A stretch of DNA of 43,404 nucleotides. It comes from an uncultured Thermotogaceae bacterium. Lineage in GTDB: Bacteria; Thermotogota; Thermotogae; MWEM01. The notes below the pieces were generated by a model. It saw only the letters and a list, made by a program, of their open reading frames with translations. It was not told the DNA's origin and did not search any database. Below, piece by piece: positions 28,736 through 36,580 of the stretch (its first letter is position 1; every line of letters begins with the position of its first letter). The translations under genes and the position numbers were made by a program. The DNA lies in the NCBI GenBank assembly GCA_964472765.1, contig CAYYNI010000001.1, positions 1 to 43,404 of the forward strand, read 5' to 3'.

Positions 28736-30076
28736 TTATTTACTTTGAACGATAATCGATCCCCAATTTTTAAACAATCGCATGGTCAACCTGCCATTTG
28801 TAAATTCCGGTTTTGTTTTGTTTAAGATGTCCATTTGACCCGTATCACTTTCCTCAAAATAGTAAACAAATTCCTGATCCGAGGCATTGATGCCAATGTA
28901 AGCAATCTCTTTATCCGTTTCTCTCTTGAAAATCAAATGACTGTGATCTAAATAAATCTGCGAAAAATCACCTTCACTAAAACTGGTGTGTTTTTTTCGA
29001 ATTGTGTTTAACCTTTGAATTAGCAAGGATAAATCAGCATAATTTGTTTGTTTCTTGAACTGTTCTAAATCAAATACAGGACGTAATTCCAAGTCGCTGA
29101 AAGGCGTTCGCTTTCCGGTTATAGCCCATTCGCTTCCATAATAAATCGAAGGAACACCTGGTATGGTGTAAAGCAAAATATGTAATGGAAACAAGTCATT
29201 TGGATTCGCCAGTTTACTCGTGATTCTATCTACATCGTGATTGTCAAGAAAATTATAGTGATGCTTCTGGTAATAAATTCCACCTTTGCCAAATTGCCGG
29301 TTCAAAGAATAGGCAATCTCATAGAAATTCCTATCGTTAAAACTGGAATAAAGCCCCTTATAGCATTCGTAATTGGTGACCGAATGCAGTTTATCCTCAC
29401 AAGCCCATCGATTGTAATCCCCGTGGATTATTTCTCCCATCAGCCAAAAATCCTCTTTCAATGTACTTGTGTAATGTCGTAAATGCCTCAAAAAATCCAA
29501 GTCAAGACAATCTGCAGCATCCAATCGTAATCCGTCTATGTTAAAAGTTCTAACCCAAAATCCGATGGCTTCAAACAGGTGGTTTTTCACATCCTTAGAT
29601 CTTAGATTTAATTGAACCAGTTCCTCATGGTTTTCCCAGGTATGATACGAAAAGCCATCATGATGATGATTATCAGAATGAAAATTCAGCTCGGTAAACC
29701 ACTCTAAATATTGAGAATCCTGTCTTTTTTCAATAATATCCCGAAAGGCAAAAAAGTTACGTCCGACATGATTGAACACACCATCCAAAATAACTCTCAT
29801 ATCAAGGTCATGTGCTTTTTGGACAAGTTCTAGCAAATCATTGTTGTTCCCAAGCCTGCCATCGACTTTAAAATAATCGGTGGTGTCGTAACCATGGCTG
29901 ATGGATTCAAAAAGAGGTCCTAAATAAATGCCTGTAAAACCTAGTTGATGAATATATTCCAGATGCTGTGTTATTTTTTTTATCGGGCTTTCCTGTTTAC
30001 CGATCTGATCACCACAAAAACCCAGTGGATAGATGTGATAAAAAGTTGCCTGTTCATACCATTTTTGTTTTGCCAT
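28736..30076 (-). CDS. Intracellular GH13 alpha-amylase-family glycoside hydrolase.
   Basis: GH13 regions DGVFNHVG, GLRLDAADCL, WLMGEIIHGD and FLDNHDVDR. No signal peptide. RBS AAGGAGG is present. Confidence 0.85.
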   Translation of the reverse strand: MAKQKWYEQATFYHIYPLGFCGDQIGKQESPIKKITQHLEYIHQLGFTGIYLGPLFESISHGYDTTDYFKVDGRLGNNNDLLELVQKAHDLDMRVILDGVFNHVGRNFFAFRDIIEKRQDSQYLEWFTELNFHSDNHHHDGFSYHTWENHEELVQLNLRSKDVKNHLFEAIGFWVRTFNIDGLRLDAADCLDLDFLRHLRHYTSTLKEDFWLMGEIIHGDYNRWACEDKLHSVTNYECYKGLYSSFNDRNFYEIAYSLNRQFGKGGIYYQKHHYNFLDNHDVDRITSKLANPNDLFPLHILLYTIPGVPSIYYGSEWAITGKRTPFSDLELRPVFDLEQFKKQTNYADLSLLIQRLNTIRKKHTSFSEGDFSQIYLDHSHLIFKRETDKEIAYIGINASDQEFVYYFEESDTGQMDILNKTKPEFTNGRLTMRLFKNWGSIIVQSK

Positions 30077-30093
30077 GTTGCCTCCTTACAGGG

Positions 30094-30122
30094 AATATAC
30101 CGAACGGTATATTCCGTTTAAA
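30094..30122 (-). promoter_or_regulatory. Putative GH13 promoter with an embedded inverted-repeat operator.
   Basis: The minus strand reads TTTAAA, a 17-nt spacer, then TATATT. The spacer and -10 are occupied by the perfect inverted repeat GGAATATACC-N4-GGTATATTCC (30092-30115), which ends 5 nt before the AAGGAGG RBS. Confidence 0.55.
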
Positions 30123-30128
30123 AAAAAT

Positions 30129-30695
30129 TTATGAATATATACCGTGCATGAACTGATGCGAAGCTGAAAAGATCAAATCATCATTCAAATCGACTTCTTC
30201 GTTCATCCACATGCCAATATAACTGTTAATAAATCCCAACAAGGTAATGGCATAACGAGTTTCTCTTCGCTTCATGTTTCCATGATCTTGTGAAGCTAAA
30301 AAAAAGAGATTTTCCAAAATCAGATACTGTTCTTTCATGTAATGCTGGGCTATTTTAAAAAACTGACTTTGGGGTGGTGCAAAATAAAGATTTAACAATA
30401 GTCTGTAAAAGTCACGATGATCACGGGCAAAAGAAAAATAGGCCTTTACCGTTTTGTTGATCGTCAGGGGTAAATCCCCGCGATAGTCACTTGCATCGGA
30501 AATTTTTTGAATCAAACTTTTTGAGTAGGACGCCATAATATGGGTCAGTAACCCGTTCTTACTCCCAAAATAATGGTAAAGAGTGGGTTTTGTAATCCCC
30601 GAAATGTCGCATATTTCCTGTACTCCGATGTTTTCATAACCGCCCAGCGCAAATGCTTCCAACGCCTTTTCCATAATTATCTCATCTGTATTCAT
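30129..30695 (-). CDS. TetR/AcrR-family transcriptional regulator.
   Basis: 188 aa. The HTH reads ALEAFALGGYENIGVQEICDISGITKPTLYHYFGSKNGL. Confidence 0.8.
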   Translation of the reverse strand: MNTDEIIMEKALEAFALGGYENIGVQEICDISGITKPTLYHYFGSKNGLLTHIMASYSKSLIQKISDASDYRGDLPLTINKTVKAYFSFARDHRDFYRLLLNLYFAPPQSQFFKIAQHYMKEQYLILENLFFLASQDHGNMKRRETRYAITLLGFINSYIGMWMNEEVDLNDDLIFSASHQFMHGIYS

Positions 30696-30710
30696 TTTCT
30701 CACCAACAAG

Positions 30711-30739
30711 ATTATACCATACGGTATAATCAATGTCAA
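30711..30739 (-). promoter_or_regulatory. Consensus promoter of the TetR gene with an embedded operator.
   Basis: The minus strand reads TTGACA, a 17-nt spacer, then TATAAT (perfect consensus). The inverted repeat ATTATACC-N4-GGTATAAT (30711-30730) fills the spacer and -10. Confidence 0.6.
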
Positions 30740-30773
30740 ACGGTTATTAAATTCATTGAGGTAATAAGCGCCA

Positions 30774-31580
30774 TCAACCCGTGAAGACTTTTAATAACTC
30801 AATCAGTTGTCGAGTAGTGTTTCCAATAGGGTATTCCCTGGTGCCTACAGCCCTTATTGGGGCAATACCAGCACTGGTATGGGTTAAAAATAATTCCTCA
30901 GCCTCAAACAATTCCTTTTCTTCAACAAGCCTTTTTTCACATTTCACCCCGTTTTTCTCTGCCAATTCAACGACAACTTCCCTTGTGATTCCGGAAAGAA
31001 TACCGGTTTTCATACTGGGTGTAATCAGTATATTATCTTTGACCAAAAAAACATTGGAAAATGTCCCTTCTGCCACATAGCCTTCTCGGTTCAGCATGAT
31101 AAAATCATAAAGGTGTTTTGGTCTTTTAATCCTGGCTAAAAATACGTCTAATGCCGCAGTTGTTTTGATGGCTGTTGCATTGTGCATGAAGGCTTGTCTT
31201 CTAATTTCAGTGATATCCGTTAGCACGCCTTGAACGTATAAATCAGGATTGAGTTCAGGGAACTCCTTTACCTGGATAATCAAGTCAGGCGTTGATGTTA
31301 AGTAGATTCTGATATAGGCTTCATTCAAGGCGTTTTTCGAGATACTTTCATGAATGATCCCCTCCACTTCTTTCCAACTCACGCTCAATTCAATACTCAT
31401 GGCATCAGCAGAGTTTTTTAGCCTATCGTAATGCTTTTTAAATTGAAACAACTTGCCCTGATAGGTTCTGACTGTCTCATATACCACCTGGGCATTGGTA
31501 AACCCCGGATTGTTGATGGATATGGCTGCTGTTTCTTCCTTAATCCAATTTCCATTCATGTAAACTAACAATGGTTGCAT
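30774..31580 (-). CDS. Class IV (fold type IV) aminotransferase: branched-chain or D-amino-acid aminotransferase, or ADC lyase-like.
   Basis: 268 aa with YETVRTY..GKLFQFKKHYDRLKNSA, IKTT and EGTFSNVF..TP....ILSGITR. The start is uncertain (ATG 31580 abuts GAGGTG; TTG 31571 and ATG 31559 are alternatives). Confidence 0.8.
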   Translation of the reverse strand: MQPLLVYMNGNWIKEETAAISINNPGFTNAQVVYETVRTYQGKLFQFKKHYDRLKNSADAMSIELSVSWKEVEGIIHESISKNALNEAYIRIYLTSTPDLIIQVKEFPELNPDLYVQGVLTDITEIRRQAFMHNATAIKTTAALDVFLARIKRPKHLYDFIMLNREGYVAEGTFSNVFLVKDNILITPSMKTGILSGITREVVVELAEKNGVKCEKRLVEEKELFEAEELFLTHTSAGIAPIRAVGTREYPIGNTTRQLIELLKVFTG

Positions 31581-32874
31581 TCACCTCGTCGGGTTCTGAT
31601 TTTTCAGGAACTTCAATAATCTTCGTTTGGACTTGATCCCCTTCTGTTAAATGCGTTCCTGAATGCTTTAACAGATGCTTTAAGTAATAGGCATCATGCC
31701 CAATCACTGTTTGATGATCAAAATTTTCCACAATGATACTTCTCACTTTTCCAATATGTTTTTTGCGAACAGAACGAGAAATTTCTGTTGCCAATCTGTT
31801 TAGTATTAAAAAACGTTCTTTTTTAACATGACCACTAATTTGATCCTTCATTTTGGCAGCAGGTGTGCCTTGTTTGGGTGAATAACGGAAAACATGTGTT
31901 TTCAAAGGCTTGATCAACTTGATTAGATCCAAAGTATTTTGAAAATCCTCTGTCGTCTCAGAAGGAAAGCCCACTATGATATCACATGAGATCGAAAAGA
32001 GCGGATCAATTTTTCTGAGTTTTTCTACTGCTTTTACAACTGTATCAAACGTATATTTTCTGTTCATTTTTCTAAGTACCGCATCTGAACCGCTTTGAAT
32101 CGAAAGGTGCATATGCGGGCAAAATCTTGGCGCTTGTAATGATTTGCACAATTGTTCTGTTACATCTTCGGGATTCAAAGAACTCAATCGGATTCTGTAA
32201 TCCGGACTGGCAGATTGGTTAATTTTTTTCATCAATTCCGGTAACTTCATGCCTTTGAAGTCGTATTCGCCCAAATTGATGCCTGTCAGTATAAACTCCC
32301 TGCATGAGGTTTGACCAATCTCGTTGATTTCTTTGACAATCAAGTCAGAATCTTTAGAAACAGATCGGGTTCCTCTTGCATGGTATATTTTGCAGTATGT
32401 ACAGGCATTGGTGCACCCTTCTTGTATCATAATATTTTGCCTGGTTTTTGAGCCGGAGGTGTTGATCGTGTAAGTCAATTGATCGTGTCGAAGCCAATAG
32501 GCTCTATCCATTGCAGGTAAAGCTTTCCCGGTTTCAATTGATTTAACGATACTGGCAATTTTGGCTTTTTCTCCATTGCCAAACTGATAATCGGCGATCT
32601 TTTTTGCCTCAGGATTCATCACTTGGGCACTGCATCCCATCGCAATTGTCGTACAATCCGTTGCGATCTTTTTTGCCTTTCTGATCATTTGTCTTGATTT
32701 TCTGTCAGCTTCATTGGTAACCGTGCAGGTGTTGATAATAACGTAATCAGATTCTTCGGATATCGGTTTTACATCAAATCCTGCATTCAAAAGGGACTGG
32801 GTCATAAAGTCAGTCTCATATTGATTGACTTTACAACCCAGAGTTACAAAACTACAGATTCGTTTTTTTTCCAA
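31540..32874 (-). CDS. mtaB: tRNA t6A37 methylthiotransferase (radical-SAM MTTase, MtaB-like).
   Basis: 444 aa. It has the MTTase N-domain TLGCKVNQYE, the radical-SAM motif CTNACTYC and a TRAM-like C-terminus. Confidence 0.85.
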   Translation of the reverse strand: MEKKRICSFVTLGCKVNQYETDFMTQSLLNAGFDVKPISEESDYVIINTCTVTNEADRKSRQMIRKAKKIATDCTTIAMGCSAQVMNPEAKKIADYQFGNGEKAKIASIVKSIETGKALPAMDRAYWLRHDQLTYTINTSGSKTRQNIMIQEGCTNACTYCKIYHARGTRSVSKDSDLIVKEINEIGQTSCREFILTGINLGEYDFKGMKLPELMKKINQSASPDYRIRLSSLNPEDVTEQLCKSLQAPRFCPHMHLSIQSGSDAVLRKMNRKYTFDTVVKAVEKLRKIDPLFSISCDIIVGFPSETTEDFQNTLDLIKLIKPLKTHVFRYSPKQGTPAAKMKDQISGHVKKERFLILNRLATEISRSVRKKHIGKVRSIIVENFDHQTVIGHDAYYLKHLLKHSGTHLTEGDQVQTKIIEVPEKSEPDEVNATIVSLHEWKLD

Positions 32875-32897
32875 TTTTTATTGATGTCTCCTGTCAT

Positions 32898-33356
32898 TCA
32901 TTCTTTTTCTTCCTCAAGTTCTCTTAGTACTCCCAATAATATTCTGGAACGATTAACCAGTCCTGTAAGCCGTTCTTCTTCATCTACGACGCACAATGAA
33001 AAGAATTTGTGTCTGATCAACAAGTCAGAAGCATGAAGCAAAGTGTCACTTTCCTTAACCGTAATGACCGATTTAGCCATGTATTTGCTGATGGGTTCAT
33101 CTTTTATTAGGAATAACTTCTTTTTCAATTGATTGGTATCGGGAATAAAGGATGCAGACTGTAACATCCCAAAATAAGAGGGAATAACGGCATTAACCAC
33201 ATCGTTTTCACTGATGTAGCCCAGTATTCGCATTTCATCGTCAACCACTGGCATTCCAGTTCTGAGGTGATTGGCACATAGTCTGATAAACCGTTCAATC
33301 GTTTCATCTTCAAAAATCGCTGAAATGTCTCTTATCATGATGTCTCCAACTTTCAT
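32898..33356 (-). CDS. CBS-pair domain protein.
   Basis: 152 aa with two CBS motifs (GMPVVDDEMRILGYISENDV and FSLCVVDEEERLTGLVNRSRIL). Confidence 0.8.
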   Translation of the reverse strand: MKVGDIMIRDISAIFEDETIERFIRLCANHLRTGMPVVDDEMRILGYISENDVVNAVIPSYFGMLQSASFIPDTNQLKKKLFLIKDEPISKYMAKSVITVKESDTLLHASDLLIRHKFFSLCVVDEEERLTGLVNRSRILLGVLRELEEEKE

Positions 33357-33365
33357 CTCATCACC

Positions 33366-34331
33366 TCAATCCAATTTCTCTATTTTGATATTGTTAAGGT
33401 TTCTTTCTATATCGGCTAGAGGCGGCATTTCTTTTTTCAGATACGATGTTTTTGCAAGAGCTGCTGCCATCCCGTACTTTGCCCTTTCAAGCAATGAATG
33501 ATCCGTTGTCAGATAATCATGAATCATAGCGGCAACGTAAGCATCACCCGTTCCCAACAAATGGGATTCATCAAGTTCGCCTTCTTTTACTGTTAAAATC
33601 CATGCCCCTTGAGTAGTAAAGATCAAGTCATGTTTAAACTGATACGAGATAACAACCAGTTCGGCACCATAGCTAATTATTTCTTGACCAGCCTCAATAT
33701 ACTCGCTGAGGGTTTTTACTTCTTTGCCCATTATTTTGTTGGTGCTTCTCATGTCCGGTCTTACAACATTCGGGCAGCACTTTTTAACGGTGTTGGTCAG
33801 TAATTGCCCTCTGGCTTCCAAATAGACTCTGTTTCCATTTTCTTTAGCCTTTTCGGTTAAGACAGCATAGGTATCCAAAGGGACTCCAACGGGAACAGAA
33901 CCGGATATGACCGTCACCCTTGTTCTGGAAACAACGGTGTTGAATAATTTCATAAAATGCATCAAATCAGGTTCCTGTACAACCGGCCCAGGTGCATTGA
34001 TTTCGGTTATATAGTGGTTGACTTCATCCAAAATTGAAAGGTTTTCTCTGCTTTCCCCATCTATATGTATAAAATTCAATGTAATATTGGGATATCTTCT
34101 TCTGAGTTCCTCTGAAATAATCCTTCCGGTATATCCCCCAAGAAATCCCATGGCAATGCTGGGTGTTCCGTCTAACTCAGACAACATCATTGAAACGTTT
34201 ATTCCTTTGCCTCCGGGGTCGCTGATTAGCTTTTCCCTTTCAAAAACACGATGCAATGTGTTTAATTCAAAATGAGGAATGATTACCTCCCTGTCCAATG
34301 CCGGGTTCATTGTAATCGTTAATACATCCAT
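33366..34331 (-). CDS. PfkB-family hexose-phosphate kinase (1-phosphofructokinase / tagatose-6-P kinase family).
   Basis: 321 aa with NPALD, DPGGKGINVS and GTGDAYVAAM. The RBS is GGAGAGGAGAGGGG. Confidence 0.8.
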   Translation of the reverse strand: MDVLTITMNPALDREVIIPHFELNTLHRVFEREKLISDPGGKGINVSMMLSELDGTPSIAMGFLGGYTGRIISEELRRRYPNITLNFIHIDGESRENLSILDEVNHYITEINAPGPVVQEPDLMHFMKLFNTVVSRTRVTVISGSVPVGVPLDTYAVLTEKAKENGNRVYLEARGQLLTNTVKKCCPNVVRPDMRSTNKIMGKEVKTLSEYIEAGQEIISYGAELVVISYQFKHDLIFTTQGAWILTVKEGELDESHLLGTGDAYVAAMIHDYLTTDHSLLERAKYGMAAALAKTSYLKKEMPPLADIERNLNNIKIEKLD

Positions 34332-34367
34332 CTTCCCCTCTCCTCTCCTTAAATAAAGCGTGAAGGA

Positions 34368-36482
34368 TTATGTTTCTAATGTAATTTCAACTTGGTCGCC
34401 TTCGTTCAAAAGGTCCATGAAAGCTGCCTTTTTTTCGTTGACACTGATCTCAAAACTCTTCAAACTGTTGGAATCGATTTCCATGATTCGAAAAAGGTCG
34501 ATGACCTTTGGAATTTCTTCAATGCATTCTATGTCAACCACTGCGCCTTGATACAAGACACTGTCAGGTTCTGCTTTGACACCGTCAACCATCACTTTAT
34601 ATGACGTTGTCGGGATTTTTAGCTCTTTGGCGTTAACCATAACCGTGCAATATTTTTGTTCGATGCCTTTAGTAAATCTGCTGACAACAGGGGTTAATGA
34701 ATTTTCTTTGAGGGTAAGAGCATCCCCGGTAATAATTTGGTCATTGTCTTCCAGTTTTCTGTTGCCACGAAAGACTTCCAATTCTTTGACCTTTAAGGCA
34801 TGCGCCTTGTTGTTTAAAACAATCTGTATATATTCTTCCCGTTTTTTAGAGAGCTTACCCAGTATATAAGTCAAAGTGCAGTAATTCAAAGCACTGATTC
34901 TATCCCCGTCTTTTATCTGTATATCATTTGAACAAAGCTCACCGTTTACTTCTGCTTGAGGGATAATCTCATGTACTTGAGAGTTGATGGTGATGGAAAT
35001 GGGATTTAAAATCTGAGATAAAAATTGCTCAGGGCTTTTTCCCGCCTTTCCTGGCTTGAACTGAACAATATCCCCATGTTGAAGACGTGAATGAATCCCA
35101 CCTTTTTCGTTGTTGATGATAATCTCAGCGCTTCTTCCTGGTAATCCTTTCAGTATTCTCATGTCTCCATTTAGATCAAAGGTAATGGCAGGACCCGGTT
35201 TTCCAATAATCTCATCCACTCTGTATCCTAACTGTAAAAGTGCTTGCATGACGGTGTTTTTTGAATCCATCCCCATCAAATCAACTGGTTTTTCGTTGAC
35301 CATTACACGGACGAATACACTTCCGGTATTGGTGTTGACACTGTTGGCAATACTTACCGGGGTGATAAATTCGCTTCCGATCAACACCTTTGTCTTGTCC
35401 TGAACATTTTGCAGGTTCTCAATACTTTTTAGGGCTACTCGGCTTTTAGGCAGGTTTAATTTTTGTGCCAATAAATCTGTAAAAAAAGGTACACGTGCCC
35501 CTCCGCCTACAACCATAACGGCAACAGGCGGTTTACCGTTTAAATTCAGCACTTCATCAGAAATTTTTGATGTAATATCTTCAATAGTGGGTTTGATTAC
35601 TTCATAAAAGGTCTCTTTTGTGATGTTGATCGGGGTATCCAGAATATCCTTGACTTCAATTTCTTCCCGCTCGCCATCGCTTAAAGTTCTTTTTACCTGT
35701 TCGGCGGTGTTGAAATCAATCAAAAACTCCTCACAGAGTCTTTCTGTCATTTCATCGCCTGCCATTGGAACCATCCCGTATGCGATAACCGTCCCATCTC
35801 GGGAGACGGCTATATCACTTGTTCCAGCACCCACATCAACAAGAACAATATTTAACTTTCTCAAATCCGGAGGTACTACCAGGTTCATGGCGGCTATTGG
35901 TTCCAAGGTTATATGTTCCGGGGTCAGACCGGATAATTCCAAAACGTTCATCATAGCGTTCACGATATAAGCGGGCAAAAAGGCTGAAATGACCTTGACG
36001 GCAATCTTTTTACCCCTTTGGCCTTCAAGGTTTTTTATCCATTCATCATCCAAAGTGTAGTAAAGAACCGAATAGCCCACACAGTACATCTCTTTTCCAT
36101 TGGTATCCAAAGATTCAATGGATTGATTGATGGCTTCCATTTCCAGAATTCTTACCGTATCCCTTGAAATGGCGTGTTCATTCGTCACATCCATCCAAGA
36201 TTCGCCGATTGAAGTCTTGAGAAATCTTCCTGCAAGAGCCACGGAAGCTCTATCGATAGTAATATCATTCTTTTCTTTCAATGCATTGGTTATCTGTTGT
36301 ACAATTTTAGTTACCTTGTTCACATCATGAATGGCCCCATCCAACATCGCTCGCTCTTCGTGTTCTTTTACAAGAGTATCGTAGACGGTGATTGTTGATT
36401 CATATTTTTCTGCCAAAATACCAATAACTGTTCGGGTACCAATATCCAGCGCATATATCAAATCATCACACCTCTGTATCAT
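34368..36482 (-). CDS. FtsA-like actin/Hsp70-fold ATPase with a long C-terminal array of small beta-rich repeat modules.
   Basis: Phosphate-1 ALDIGTRT, phosphate-2 VLVDVGAGTSDIAV, adenosine motif VVGGGARVP. Residues from about 391 to 704 carry repeated [VI]-N-x-K ... V-[ND]-G ... G-D-x-[VI]-x-[FILA] modules. The ATG at 36482 has no SD (only an A8 tract). TTG 36461 lies 7 nt after AGAGGTG and is an alternative start. Confidence 0.7.
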   Translation of the reverse strand: MIQRCDDLIYALDIGTRTVIGILAEKYESTITVYDTLVKEHEERAMLDGAIHDVNKVTKIVQQITNALKEKNDITIDRASVALAGRFLKTSIGESWMDVTNEHAISRDTVRILEMEAINQSIESLDTNGKEMYCVGYSVLYYTLDDEWIKNLEGQRGKKIAVKVISAFLPAYIVNAMMNVLELSGLTPEHITLEPIAAMNLVVPPDLRKLNIVLVDVGAGTSDIAVSRDGTVIAYGMVPMAGDEMTERLCEEFLIDFNTAEQVKRTLSDGEREEIEVKDILDTPINITKETFYEVIKPTIEDITSKISDEVLNLNGKPPVAVMVVGGGARVPFFTDLLAQKLNLPKSRVALKSIENLQNVQDKTKVLIGSEFITPVSIANSVNTNTGSVFVRVMVNEKPVDLMGMDSKNTVMQALLQLGYRVDEIIGKPGPAITFDLNGDMRILKGLPGRSAEIIINNEKGGIHSRLQHGDIVQFKPGKAGKSPEQFLSQILNPISITINSQVHEIIPQAEVNGELCSNDIQIKDGDRISALNYCTLTYILGKLSKKREEYIQIVLNNKAHALKVKELEVFRGNRKLEDNDQIITGDALTLKENSLTPVVSRFTKGIEQKYCTVMVNAKELKIPTTSYKVMVDGVKAEPDSVLYQGAVVDIECIEEIPKVIDLFRIMEIDSNSLKSFEISVNEKKAAFMDLLNEGDQVEITLET

Positions 36483-36580
36483 TTTTTTTTACAGTCAATT
36501 ATACATCATAGATTTATCTGTTAGAATAAACAGACCAATCATGCATATTCATTACAACTCCGAGTCATTATACCATAGAG

